Assembly (NCBI GenBank): GCA_050506795.1
Contig: JBJHCF010000015.1
Location: forward strand, 33,030-97,029
DNA from: Opitutia bacterium
Lineage (GTDB): Bacteria; Verrucomicrobiota; Verrucomicrobiia; Opitutales; T3Sed10-336
DNA length: 64,000 bases
Reading direction: 5' to 3'
Shown: piece by piece, positions 32,501 to 42,116 of the stretch
Layout: every line of letters starts with the position of its first letter
How positions within the stretch are numbered: the first letter of the stretch is position 1
Made by a program: the position numbers and the translations under genes
Notes under the pieces: model-generated
Database searches by the model: none
What the model was told of the DNA's origin: nothing
The model's input: only the letters and a program-made list of their open reading frames with translations

Positions 32501-34573
32501 GCCCGTCGCGACCCGTATCGGGTAGAGCGTCTCGGCGCCCTCGATCAATTCAACGATCGGCCCGAATTGCCGGTGATCGCGAAAAAACTCCAACTCGTCC
32601 CGGTCCCTTAATTCCCGCAGATGATCCAACATCGCCCGAGGAATCAATCCTCCATCCACCAGTTCGTCCAGGGGCGAGCCGCGCGGCTCCGACAACGATT
32701 GAAGCCACGCCGCCGCCAGCGCCTGCCGATGCTTGTCGTCGGTCAGCGCCATTAGAGGCGGAACCCGAAATGCGATTTGATAGCGCGGTTTCTGAATATC
32801 GGTTTCCGTATCCAGAAAATCCTGCAGGAGTCCACGCGCCACCGGCTGAACATGCAGGACGCTTTCGTCGATGACTGAGATTCCGATCGCCCCGGGCGTC
32901 GGCGCGCCCTCGGCGTCGTGCACCGAAAAAGTGATTTGAGCGTCATCGCCCGGCCGGTACGGCCCTTCGCGGTCGAGGCGTGTCTCAACCTGCAACCCGT
33001 CGGCCGGAGAAACAAAGATCGTACGCGTCTGTCCGCGAGTTTGGCCTCCCGGTGAAATGACATACACGTTCAGTCGTACCAGGCCGGTAATATCCGATGG
33101 CAACGGAACCGTGAACCGCGCCGTTCGGTTTCGCATGGGAAACGAACGCGTCAGGACCGTTTGCCGCTCTCGGATGGCGTCGAAGAACACGCGGTTCGCT
33201 TCTTCGGTTGAGTACACCGTCACCTCGGCGATCTCGCCGGTCCGATAAACCGCCTTGTCCGTCCGCACCAGCAACGGCGACCGCCCGAAACTGCCGTTCG
33301 CCTGGAATGTCGCGCTCGCCGTCGCGCCGTCCACTGCACGGGCGATCGCTGTAACGCTGAAGTCTTCTTCGGGGGTAGCGCTCCAAACCAGAACGCCATC
33401 TTCACCAGTGGCATACCTCTCCCCGTCGATCTCCACTTCCGCCGCGGCCGGACGTCCGTCGGGATACGACACGAGAACGACGAAATCGTTCTCCACCCCG
33501 GGAACGACCTGACCGCTTTCGGGAAGAATGTCCACCGTCAACCCGGTGGCCGAAAGGGTCAACGGCCGCACGGCCCGCCCCGCCTGGCCCGCCGTGTCCA
33601 CGACCTCGGCCTCCAACTCCAGAAACGCCTGGCCCGCCATTTCAGGACGCCCCGCGAAGAAATCGGGCAATTGAATGGAAAAGGACATGTCACCCGCATC
33701 ATCCGTCCGCCCTTCGATACGGCCGACCTCCCGCTCCTCCTCTTCCAGTGAGAAAGCCCGCACCACCACTGTGGCGGCGCTCACTGGCTGGCCAAAAAAA
33801 TACTCGGCGCTCAAGGTGCCGCTTATTTCGTCTCCGGGGCGGAAGAATGCCCGGTCGATCTCCAGTTCCACCCGAAAACGGGGAAGAACGTAACGCATCA
33901 CTTCGACGCTCCTGGAGGTGTATTCCTCACCATAATACACCCGGATTTCATAGCGGCCGAGACTGACTTCGTCGGCGAGCGCGAAGTCAGTCGATGCGAT
34001 TCCAAACCGGGAAGCGGCGCGTTCGTCCCGGAACACCAGGGCGCCGTCGGCATTGCGGACCTCGAAGCGAAGACGCTCGTTCGCCGCCGGTTGGCTCCGG
34101 ATCGGGTTGGTTGCCAGCGCGCGCAGGTGAATTGTCTGCCCGGGCTGATAGATGGGTTTGTCGGTGGTCAGCAGAACCCGAAGCGGCCGGTAGACCGTCA
34201 CATTGCGCTCGATCCGGTCGCTGCCCCGCCGCGAACGCGTCGCGATTTCCAGGCGATACTCCCCGGGCGGCAGCGACGGAACAAGAACACCCTCACTGAT
34301 CGTACCGCCCTCATCCGTGGAAAACGACCCCAGACCAGAGGTCCTTCCGTCCGAATCGGTCAGGGAGAAGCGGACCGAGGCGCCTTCAATCGGCTCGCCG
34401 TTTCGACGATTCAAAACCGCAACGCGAATCGCGGTCTCGGTTTCGGCGGCCAACCGGTCCTGGCTGAAGACAAATGTCTCATGGGCCTCCGCCGGACGAA
34501 ACAAATATGCCAGAACACCAACCGCCGCGATCACGCCGAACAGCCAGAGCAAGGGGGATTTGAAGATTTTCAT
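29576..34573 (-). CDS. Alpha-2-macroglobulin family thioester protein with internal polytopic membrane insert
   Basis: TDKPIYQPG and RTDKAVYRTG MG domains, RRDFPETLLW, thioester PFGCFEQ, YDYYNPE. Confidence 0.93.
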   Translation of the reverse strand: MKIFKSPLLWLFGVIAAVGVLAYLFRPAEAHETFVFSQDRLAAETETAIRVAVLNRRNGEPIEGASVRFSLTDSDGRTSGLGSFSTDEGGTISEGVLVPSLPPGEYRLEIATRSRRGSDRIERNVTVYRPLRVLLTTDKPIYQPGQTIHLRALATNPIRSQPAANERLRFEVRNADGALVFRDERAASRFGIASTDFALADEVSLGRYEIRVYYGEEYTSRSVEVMRYVLPRFRVELEIDRAFFRPGDEISGTLSAEYFFGQPVSAATVVVRAFSLEEEEREVGRIEGRTDDAGDMSFSIQLPDFFAGRPEMAGQAFLELEAEVVDTAGQAGRAVRPLTLSATGLTVDILPESGQVVPGVENDFVVLVSYPDGRPAAAEVEIDGERYATGEDGVLVWSATPEEDFSVTAIARAVDGATASATFQANGSFGRSPLLVRTDKAVYRTGEIAEVTVYSTEEANRVFFDAIRERQTVLTRSFPMRNRTARFTVPLPSDITGLVRLNVYVISPGGQTRGQTRTIFVSPADGLQVETRLDREGPYRPGDDAQITFSVHDAEGAPTPGAIGISVIDESVLHVQPVARGLLQDFLDTETDIQKPRYQIAFRVPPLMALTDDKHRQALAAAWLQSLSEPRGSPLDELVDGGLIPRAMLDHLRELRDRDELEFFRDHRQFGPIVELIEGAETLYPIRVATGARKVMERERARERTVRVLVGGAFGLGLLAFLVLPVYLSVASAARTSNAIREDWNSRSRETAYSLLRSVNLYLIAASVHLIVPPIVFFTFVFLDDVRWGLNFISETTFFWTITVVEAAALLVIFSKALLSIPAADDTDGPRIRSVLITSAWLYLAGFALLRGSVPWAYHHFDEHGVLLLWFAHILLPLLTGLIVRFKGGKWMRRKSTSWPGTGFPIVQAFIWFFLVILLISGFVPTVSKVRESARRTVHSSDLRQIEQAMVIRDNERDSVQAQEEASGESPRVRRDFPETLLWAPELITDDAGRVTLDLALADSITTWLGTYDIVDARGRMGQGEVRVPVFQSFFVDLDLPVALSLEDEVALPVVCYNYLDREQTVRLRFEEHEWFEPLGDGAEVTVHLGPGEVRAIHFPLRAVQVGEHPFLVTAIGERESDAIERIVRVVPTGRRFETVFNEALGEGLDWSVHFPANAIPGSESLLLKLYPSRFSEVLDGMDGLLRVPFGCFEQTSSVNYPNVLVLAYLEETETLTPEVEVRARKLINTGYQRLLTFQTPEGGFDWFGRSPANVWLTAYGVRQFTDMARIHSVDPSVTASAMDWLYGEQAQDGSWNSRGFGSRQLTTAYTVWSLASANQRGQRVQAGAAWLRRNAGEFETPYETALAANALLALDRSDATGRAFARRLVQTVQSVEGGAAYWTAGSRSIARSSGSAADVEATALAALVLLNDPATVPLGLEAVSWISRQRTSWGHFGSTQATILSIQALLKATSTVAASEETIRLAVSLNEDPVESLEITPEEYEVMRLISLTSKVVTGENAVRLQTGNPSDLGVQLAASYWVRDDAEEIKPDPLNAEALSIEVSYDRGTLSVNDLLTAHVTVVNETAGPVFMPLIDLGVPPGFELLADSLDILVARERIARYEITGNQLILYLHELPVRQPFQFSYQLRAKHPLRVTAPTAAIYDYYNPEVRSESAGTQIEVR

Positions 34574-34656
34574 AAGAAAGGGGGCGAAAGGGTTTTTGCG
34601 TCCGTTTCCTGACTTCCCTGGAGCTTATCGTTTTTCTACAGCGGATCAATAAAAAC

Positions 34657-34674
34657 TTGCAGGCAAAGCGCCAA
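34657..34674 (-). promoter_or_regulatory. Possible sigma-54 promoter for the A2M gene
   Basis: Minus strand TTGGCGCTTTGCCTGCAA has GG-N10-GC, ~85 bp upstream of the start. Confidence 0.35.
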
Positions 34675-34810
34675 CCGGGATGGAGCGGCACCGCCGCCAC
34701 CTGGAATGTGGACGGGCAGATGAGCATGAAGAGTTACCAGCCCTTCCGTGCCCGGAGCCTGCGAACGAAGAAACTATGGGCGAACGTGGTGACAACCGAC
34801 GTATCGGGAA

Positions 34811-35068
34811 TTGACCGGGAGTAAGTCAACGCATCCCGTGGGCGGTGCCGAACGAGAGCAGCAAGAAGCGGGGTTCGTCGATGCCGCAATGGAGCCTATC
34901 GTGTCGGACCTCACAGCGACTTGGAATCACCTCACGGTGGAAAACCTGGAACCGGAAACGACGTATTATTGGACGGTGGAAGCAGTGGTGGACCGCTCCC
35001 GGTCCAATCGCGGTGTTCGTTTGGCCCAGGGCGAACCCTGGCGCGTGGTCATCGGTGGAAACGACTGA
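34811..35068 (+). pseudogene. FN3-domain gene fragment
   Basis: LTVENLEPETTYYWTVEAV is an FN3 C-terminal motif; short ORF with no signal peptide. Confidence 0.45.
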
Positions 35069-35172
35069 AACAAAGCAACAGTCCGGTTTTCGGTTTCTGG
35101 AGGCTAGTCGATTCGCATTGACCGCACCCGGTGGTTCCGCTATCCTAAGAAAACCTCTAGAACACTAGAACA

Positions 35173-37695
35173 ATGAGTGCCATTACCTCCAATTTCCTGC
35201 GATCGAGCCGGATCTACCCCGATTTAATCGGTGTGTTCCAGGCGTCGCTTCTGGTGTTCGCTCTCGTTGCCATACCCCTGTCCGCCCGTTCGGAACCGAA
35301 TTGTGGAATATTGGATACCGGTTCTCCGTACCCGGAGTATATTGCGATCAATGCCGACCAACAGGGCGTCGTCGAAAGCAAGGTCACTTTCATTTTCCCT
35401 CACACCGGTTTTAGATTGGAGTGGGGCGATCTAGAGGTTGCGGATCGGAGGTTTTCGGTTGCGTTGGATTGGGAGGAACTCGACGCCGGATGGCAGGTGG
35501 TCGCCGAGTGCTCGAACACCTACTCGCTCGGCCCGCTGGCCGACGGAGCCTATGTTTTTGAGGTTTATGATTTTGCGGGAAACCTCCGGGAAGCGAAGCG
35601 CTTTTTTATCGTGGACGGAAAGCCGCAGGGGCCTCCCGTGCCGGCGGATGTGTTGCTCGACTCGAGACCACTGGAGAGCGGAGTGGAGATCGAGGCCCAA
35701 GTCCGCTTTCTCGAGCGCGGCTATGCGATAGCCAGTTGGGGTGATCCGGAGGTCGGGGACGGAACAATAACGATCGAAGCCGAGGCCGTTCGGCGATCGG
35801 ACAGCACTAATCAGGTTCGGTTTAACCGCCACACTTATGCCATTCACGATCTCGACCACGGCGAATATTCGGTGCGTTTCCTTCTGAAGGGACACGAAAT
35901 GGCCGATCACGTTTTTACCGTTGAAGATCACTCGTGGCGGACCACGGTTCGCCTGTTCACCGAATCGATCACTGACCATCGGACCGCCGGCCACTCCCTG
36001 CAGGTCGATTTCAGGCATCCCGATGGAATTGACACCGATTCCTTCGGCCATCGGGACCTGCGGGTTACCGGTCCGGAGAATTTCGCGCGTCATGCCCGAT
36101 TCGTGGAGTGGACGCATTCTATGGACGCGGCATGGCCGAATGGCGTGATCGCAACTTACGAAATCGATCCTCCGGGAGGGTTTTGGACCGCCGAAGAAAA
36201 CGGGCGTTATGCGGTTTTTCTTCAGGACGGTGCGGTTAAATCCGGCGGCGGCGAGCCGCTTTCCGGCCGGCGGATCGGCGAGTTCGATGTGAGGTTGGAG
36301 CGACCGGCGCACCCGCTCGTCCGAGTCGAGGAACTCGAATTGGTGGTGGACCACTCTTCCGATACTCTGGAATACGGCGTGGAGCTCACGTTGGAAATCG
36401 CCCATAGCGGCATTCAGGTTCGATCGTGGGGAACTCCGGAATCGCGCGAGGGGCTGTTCGCAGTCGAGCTGGATATTGAGACCGACGAGGTCGGGCGTCC
36501 GGCCGTTCGTGAGGAGAGTCATTCTTACAGTCTGGAGGCTTTGCCGGCGCAGGTATTCGACTTCGTGGTGTACGCCTCTAACGTACGCATCGGCTCCAGG
36601 CGATTCGCCGTCACCGACGACGATCCGATCCGGGCACAGGCGATGGCTGGGCGTATCGATCGGCAATCCATTCGGCCTTTCCCGTTGATGGTGTATTACA
36701 CCTCGGTGGATCCTCTCGACCTGGAGTCGATTCACGATACGGCAGTCGATATCTCCGGTCCCGGCGGGTACCGCTTAACCGTTACTCCCGACGAAATTGT
36801 GAGTAACCAAGAAGTGAACGGCGAGTATCGGGTTGGAGTCCTTTACAGCGCTCCGGCGCCCGGTGGTGTGTGGCGCGCGGCCGACAATGGGTATTACCGG
36901 GTTTCCGTTCCGGGGCGCAGTATCCGTGACGAGGCCGGGCGCTTCTTTGATGGTGGCGTTCTATCCGGATTTCTGGTCGCGATTTCCCCTCCGGCCGAGC
37001 CGCCGGCCCGGCCGTTGGTCACGGTATCCCGAAGGATAGTCGATGACGTCGCGTTTGCCGACCTTACCTTCGACCCCCGTGACTCCGGGTGGAGCATTGT
37101 CGACTGGCCCGAAAGACTCCATTTTTCCGGCACGGAGGTCATCGCTTTCCTCGCTATCGACGAAGAGGCCAAAGCCACCGAAACACAATTCCACAGCTTT
37201 CGCCTCGGCAAGCTGCCTCCAGGTTATTATACTTTTCGAGTCGAGGGCTCGAATGGATTTGTCAGCCGCCACACCGTACGCATCTCCAATCAACCTCCGG
37301 TCCGTCCGATCGACGCCTGGCGCACCGCCGCCGGGGAAGCGGCGAATATGCCGGTGGAGGAACGCCAAGAACGGCTTTCGCTGCGGGAATACGCGTTTGG
37401 CCTGGATGGCGAGGAGAACGGTCGCGGGACCATTCTCACCGCCGAAACCGTGACGACGCCGGACGGGGGGACCCGTCTCCTCGCGCGCTACCCGGAAACC
37501 TTTTCCGCGTCCGACTTGAACTACCGCATCGAGATCTCCAATGACCTGAACAACTGGGTCGACGCGACCGGGTTGGTCGAAACGATCGAAGCGGTAAGCG
37601 ATGCCGACGGCCGCATCTGGTGCACTATCCAATTGAACGAACCCGTGACTCACGGCGCCCGCTTCCTTCGGGTTCGTGCGATCCTGAGTGAATGA
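35173..37695 (+). CDS. Secreted multidomain repeat protein
   Basis: Signal peptide, two types of internal repeat, C-terminal YAFGLD...YRIEISNDL..W..RFLRV module. Confidence 0.85.
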   Translation: MSAITSNFLRSSRIYPDLIGVFQASLLVFALVAIPLSARSEPNCGILDTGSPYPEYIAINADQQGVVESKVTFIFPHTGFRLEWGDLEVADRRFSVALDWEELDAGWQVVAECSNTYSLGPLADGAYVFEVYDFAGNLREAKRFFIVDGKPQGPPVPADVLLDSRPLESGVEIEAQVRFLERGYAIASWGDPEVGDGTITIEAEAVRRSDSTNQVRFNRHTYAIHDLDHGEYSVRFLLKGHEMADHVFTVEDHSWRTTVRLFTESITDHRTAGHSLQVDFRHPDGIDTDSFGHRDLRVTGPENFARHARFVEWTHSMDAAWPNGVIATYEIDPPGGFWTAEENGRYAVFLQDGAVKSGGGEPLSGRRIGEFDVRLERPAHPLVRVEELELVVDHSSDTLEYGVELTLEIAHSGIQVRSWGTPESREGLFAVELDIETDEVGRPAVREESHSYSLEALPAQVFDFVVYASNVRIGSRRFAVTDDDPIRAQAMAGRIDRQSIRPFPLMVYYTSVDPLDLESIHDTAVDISGPGGYRLTVTPDEIVSNQEVNGEYRVGVLYSAPAPGGVWRAADNGYYRVSVPGRSIRDEAGRFFDGGVLSGFLVAISPPAEPPARPLVTVSRRIVDDVAFADLTFDPRDSGWSIVDWPERLHFSGTEVIAFLAIDEEAKATETQFHSFRLGKLPPGYYTFRVEGSNGFVSRHTVRISNQPPVRPIDAWRTAAGEAANMPVEERQERLSLREYAFGLDGEENGRGTILTAETVTTPDGGTRLLARYPETFSASDLNYRIEISNDLNNWVDATGLVETIEAVSDADGRIWCTIQLNEPVTHGARFLRVRAILSE

Positions 37696-37834
37696 GACAA
37701 GCGACTTTCGAGCTCTTCGCGACATCAGAAATCGGCCGCGACGAACTGGGAGCCGGTCAGGATGCTTATCATTCTTGTATTCTGGGGTTGGGCGAAGCAA
37801 CCTAGGCATAAATCGAATCGTATCGGGTATTCCT

Positions 37835-37966
37835 CTGGAGGGCCATGCTCCGGCATGGCCGGGGTCGTCCCGGACCGAGGTGGTGACCCGTTCCCTTCGC
37901 AATGGCTGACACCGGGGCCACACCTTACGGCGGCGGCGCGGGAGCCTGCACCTTACACGTATTTCC
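37835..37966. repeat. REP-like dispersed repeat, family B copy 1
   Basis: Begins CTGGAGGGCCATGCTCCGGCATGGCCG; aligns over ~130 bp with 56735-56867. Confidence 0.8.
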
Positions 37967-38209
37967 GCACTGACAAACAGACGAATGGTACGCGCGCATT
38001 GGACGCAGTGATCGGCGAATTTGCGACGGAAAGGCGAGATTGTCCCGAAGGGACTATATGAAAATAGCCCGGCGTTTTAACGCCGAGTGGAGAATATCAG
38101 TCCCAATGGGATTCTTTGTCGAACCACGAAACACTCGAAATACACGAAATTGAAGCAAACCCGCCGTTATTCCGAGCGACAACGCCGAAGGCCCAACCCG
38201 GACTATTCT

Positions 38210-38467
38210 GAATGGCACGTTTAAGGCGGTTCATCGTTTGATGAAGCAAAAAATACAGCGGAGAATGGACTCACACGGAGCCACAAGACACGGAGAGTTC
38301 AACCGGACCCACCTCCGTGAGCTCTCTCCGGCCTGAGCTCGTCGAGGGCGTGACTCCGTGTGAGAACCTTCACAGTTAAGCAATGCTCTAAAACCAGGCG
38401 GGTTTCGGTTAACTTACCAAGGTAGGACTACGCTGTTTCGATCAACGGCCTTGACTGAGTGGCATTC
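38210..38467. mobile_element. MITE-like repeat, family A copy 2 (diverged, internal inversion)
   Basis: Homologous to the reverse complement of 29342-29572. Confidence 0.85.
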
Positions 38468-38985
38468 CGGTTAAGGCGGTGGATTGTTGAATCGCCGCCT
38501 TCGCGCTCGACGAAGTCCAGTGACCCCCGAACCAGGAACCGATCTTCAACCGGATTCTCCAGAGCGGCACAGACAGGGGCGAGGGGCAAGAGGCCGGAAT
38601 CATCGGGGGCGTGGGTATCCTGCCCACCATAATTTCGTGCAGTTCGGGTAACTCGTGGTCAAGAATTTCCTAACCGAGCGCTATTTGAACTATCGTCACT
38701 CGTCCCGCCCGGGACGGAAGAAAGAAGCGCGTAAGGTGCAGGCGGGAACGCCGCCCTCCAGGAAGCCGAAGCGCGATCTTGATCTTGATTCGGTTCCTCA
38801 GACGATCAGCTGCTGAAACGAGCGCCATTCCTTCTACTGTGGATTCGGCCTTTGTTTCGGTGTTGGGAGGGACGGGCTTTGAGCAAGGATCCGCAGGTTT
38901 TTTCGCAACTGGATTCAGATTTCGATTAAAGCTTTACCTGTTGATTTGTCTGCTGAATATAGTAGCGAGAGTAGGTTTATTTGAT

Positions 38986-39867
38986 TTGAAAAAGGTAACG
39001 AAAAGAGGGCCGGATTTTCTGGTGATTGGCGCTCAACGGTCTGGTACCAGTTGGCTTTATCAGGTTTTGCGCCGCCATCCGGAACTCTGGTTGCCGCCGG
39101 TGAAGGAACTGCATTATTTTGACGACCCTGAGCGAAAGAGATATTATAAACATCTCAAGTTGCGATGGCGTGGCATTTCGAAGTTTCGTCATCCTTTGTC
39201 GCGGTGGGATTTTTACTATTTTCTGGGGAAACCCTGTGACGAATGGTACATGCGTTTATTCTCCCCGGGTCGTCGCCGCGGTCTGTTGACGGGTGAGGTG
39301 ACTCCGGCTTATGCGACATTGGATGAAAGTACCTTCGAACGGATCAGATCGATGAATCCTGATGTCAGGTTGATTTTTATCATGCGCGATCCGGTCCTGC
39401 GAGCTTGGTCCGCGGTAGTCAATCACAGCAGGAAATCGGGGGAGGCAGTCCTGCCTGGTATGGATGTGGCATTGGAGCGCTCCCGGAATCCCGGTTTTCA
39501 GATGCGCTCGAACTATCTGGAGACGATCAAACGTCTGGAGAAGGTTTTTTCGCCGGAGCGGATATTTTACGGCTTCTTTGATGACCTCTCACAGCGCCCC
39601 GAGGCCTTTGTAAGCGATATACTCAAGTTTCTCGGAGTCGTTCCGGGAGAGATTGCTCCATTACTGCCGGCCTCGGCACGCAACTCCGCAGCGGGAGGGC
39701 GGCGGCCGCCATTGGAGTTTGAGCGCGAGTTGGCGGAGCGGTTTATGCCGTGGCTGAACGAATTGTGCGACCGGTTCGAGGGTCCGCCACATGTCTGGCG
39801 TGCCCGCTATCAAACCCTCCTGCTGGATGGGGGTGCCGGGGAGGAGCCGCACTCCACCCGATCCTGA
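38986..39867 (+). CDS. Sulfotransferase family protein (start uncertain)
   Basis: PDFLVIGAQRSGTSW (5'-PSB), KELHYFD, MRDPVLRAWS (3'-PB). Confidence 0.9.
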   Translation: MKKVTKRGPDFLVIGAQRSGTSWLYQVLRRHPELWLPPVKELHYFDDPERKRYYKHLKLRWRGISKFRHPLSRWDFYYFLGKPCDEWYMRLFSPGRRRGLLTGEVTPAYATLDESTFERIRSMNPDVRLIFIMRDPVLRAWSAVVNHSRKSGEAVLPGMDVALERSRNPGFQMRSNYLETIKRLEKVFSPERIFYGFFDDLSQRPEAFVSDILKFLGVVPGEIAPLLPASARNSAAGGRRPPLEFERELAERFMPWLNELCDRFEGPPHVWRARYQTLLLDGGAGEEPHSTRS

Positions 39868-40742
39868 TTCCCGGGCGGCGTTACGACGTTAAGGGAGCCA
39901 GGGAGGATTCGGATATCGATGGTTTTACCCGTCCAGTGGGATTCGCCGTCGGTGTGCATCCAGCCTTCATTTTCCCTGGTGATCAGTAAACGCGAGCTCC
40001 GGGAGGTGGTCACGGCGGGGTGTCGATTGAGGTTGCGGGCGAACAGGCGGACGGCGAGGGAAGCGAATTCCGGAAGGGAGGCCGGACGGATGGTCACGCA
40101 GTCGAGCAGTCCGTCGGCGATGTCCGCGCCGGGGGCGATGACGGCGTTGTTGCCGTACTGCGACGCGTTGGCCACCGCGATCTGCCAGGCGTGGCGGTCG
40201 CCTGATCGGTCTGCGGGCGCGTCCGGTGTCTCGATCGAGTACCGGAAGGGCTTCCAGCGCCGGAAGGTGCGCAGGCCCACCAGAAAGTAGGGGAATGCGC
40301 CGCGCCGGGCGAGTCGGTTGAACTGTTCGCTGATTTCAGCGTCGAACCCGATCCCCATCACGTTCAGGAACGGAAACCCGTTGGCCGTTCCGGTATCCAT
40401 CAGGCGCGTGGGACCATGCAGCGCCAGGTTTACCGCCCGCCGGGTATTCGAGGGCAGGCGCAGGTGACGGGCCAGTCCGTTTCCCGACCCGCAGGGAACG
40501 ATTCCCAGCGCGACCCGGGTGCCGATCAATTCCTGCCCGACCTCGTTGACCGTACCGTCGCCGCCGACGGCGATCACTCGATCCATGCCGTCCGCCACCG
40601 CCTGTCTGGCCAACTCCTTTGTGTGCCCGCGGTACTCCGAGTACACCATCGAAACCGCGGCGTCGCGCGGTACGCGCTTTTCCACGGTTCGCTGTTTCCG
40701 CCCTTTCCCGGAAAGCGGATTGATGATAAAACGAACGTTCAT
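39810..40742 (-). CDS. Diacylglycerol kinase family lipid kinase (YegS/BmrU-like)
   Basis: IINPLSG, GGDGTVNE, PCGSGNGLA, GIGFDA. Confidence 0.92.
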   Translation of the reverse strand: MNVRFIINPLSGKGRKQRTVEKRVPRDAAVSMVYSEYRGHTKELARQAVADGMDRVIAVGGDGTVNEVGQELIGTRVALGIVPCGSGNGLARHLRLPSNTRRAVNLALHGPTRLMDTGTANGFPFLNVMGIGFDAEISEQFNRLARRGAFPYFLVGLRTFRRWKPFRYSIETPDAPADRSGDRHAWQIAVANASQYGNNAVIAPGADIADGLLDCVTIRPASLPEFASLAVRLFARNLNRHPAVTTSRSSRLLITRENEGWMHTDGESHWTGKTIDIRILPGSLNVVTPPGNQDRVECGSSPAPPSSRRV

Positions 40743-40871
40743 TCCCGGTCGAAGCGTGGAGAGTGAAGATTTAATGGTGAATTTGGAAGAGTGAATTTCG
40801 ATGATTCTCATCCAATGTTGGTATGATCTCACTTTTCGTTATTCTCCGGGTATTCTACAGGTGTTCTTGAA

Positions 40872-40890
40872 TTGTCACAAAACCGTAACA
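40872..40890 (+). promoter_or_regulatory. Pho-box-like direct repeat
   Basis: GTCAC (40874) and GTAAC (40885) at 11-bp spacing. Confidence 0.55.
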
Positions 40891-40973
40891 CAAGATCCCG
40901 GGTTTTTGTGTATGATTCAGGGAGTTGATTTTTAAACGGCTCATTATTGTGACCATCAACTTTTCCATAACAC

Positions 40974-42116
40974 TTGAGAATCGCACTGGTAACGGAGACT
41001 TTTCCGCCCGAAGTTAACGGGGTGGCTATGACGCTGGAGCGTCTGGTGAGCGGGTTGAGCGCCCGAGGGCATACAATGCACCTGGTGCGGCCCCGGCAGG
41101 GGAGTGATCGGGATCAGGGTGGGGATCGTGCGGAACAGACCCTCGTGGCCGGGATGAAGATTCCGGGCTACCGCGAGCTGAATTTTGGGTTTCCTTCGAC
41201 GAGGCGTTTGTCGCGGGTGTGGCGTGAGCGGCGGCCGGATGTGGTCCATGTCGCGACCGAAGGTCCGCTCGGTTGGAGCGCGCTGCGCGCCGCTGGACGA
41301 CTCGGAATTCCGGTTTCGTCGAGCTTCCACACCAATTTTCACAGCTACGGCGGCCATTATGGTTTTGGCGCCCTGCGCAACCTGGCGCTGCGTTACCTGC
41401 GGCGATTCCACCGGCGAACACGCGTGACTTTCGCTCCCACGGCCGAAATGTGCGAGCGGTTGGAAAAGGACGGTTTCGGCGACCTCCGGGTGCTGGGACG
41501 AGGAGTAGACACCGAGCTTTTTTCACCCGACAAACGGTCCGAGACCCTTCGCCGCGAATGGGGCGCCGGACCGGAAACCCTGGTCGTGGGGTATTTCGGT
41601 CGGGTGGCAGCGGAGAAGAATATCCATCTGGCGGCGCGGGCGTTTCTCACCATCCGCGAGGTTCGACGGGACAGCGCGTTTGTTCTGGTGGGCGACGGTC
41701 CTTTGGCGGCGGAGTTGAAACTGAAGTATCCGGAGTTCCATTACCAAGGCATGCGTCGAGGCGACGATCTGGCGCGGCATTACGCCTCGGTGGATCTCTT
41801 TCCTTTCCCCAGCGTGACGGAGACGTTCGGCAACGTGATCACGGAAGCGATGGCCAGCGGCGTGCCGGTACTGTCATATGATTACGCCGCCGCCCGGGCC
41901 TTCATCCGTGACGGTGAAAACGGAGCGAAAGTTACCCTCGACGACGAGAAGGCGTTTCTGGCAAAGGCGCGCCAACTGGCAGCCGATCCGGCGATCCTCC
42001 GTTTGATGGGGAAACAGGCCCGCGAGACCGCGCTCGGCATAAGCTGGGAGCGGGTAGTGGAGTCCTTTGAGCGGGAACTGATAGCAATTTCGGCGAATTC
42101 CGAGCGAACCAAATGA
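40974..42116 (+). CDS. Glycosyltransferase family 4 (glycolipid synthase-like)
   Basis: ETFPPEVNGV, HVATEGPLG, FHTNF, FPSVTETFGNVITEAMASG. Confidence 0.92.
   Translation: MRIALVTETFPPEVNGVAMTLERLVSGLSARGHTMHLVRPRQGSDRDQGGDRAEQTLVAGMKIPGYRELNFGFPSTRRLSRVWRERRPDVVHVATEGPLGWSALRAAGRLGIPVSSSFHTNFHSYGGHYGFGALRNLALRYLRRFHRRTRVTFAPTAEMCERLEKDGFGDLRVLGRGVDTELFSPDKRSETLRREWGAGPETLVVGYFGRVAAEKNIHLAARAFLTIREVRRDSAFVLVGDGPLAAELKLKYPEFHYQGMRRGDDLARHYASVDLFPFPSVTETFGNVITEAMASGVPVLSYDYAAARAFIRDGENGAKVTLDDEKAFLAKARQLAADPAILRLMGKQARETALGISWERVVESFERELIAISANSERTK

Noticed and set aside
39810..39867. 58-bp convergent overlap of the sulfotransferase and lipid kinase genes
   Set aside because: Only non-conserved tails overlap, which is common in GC-rich genomes.
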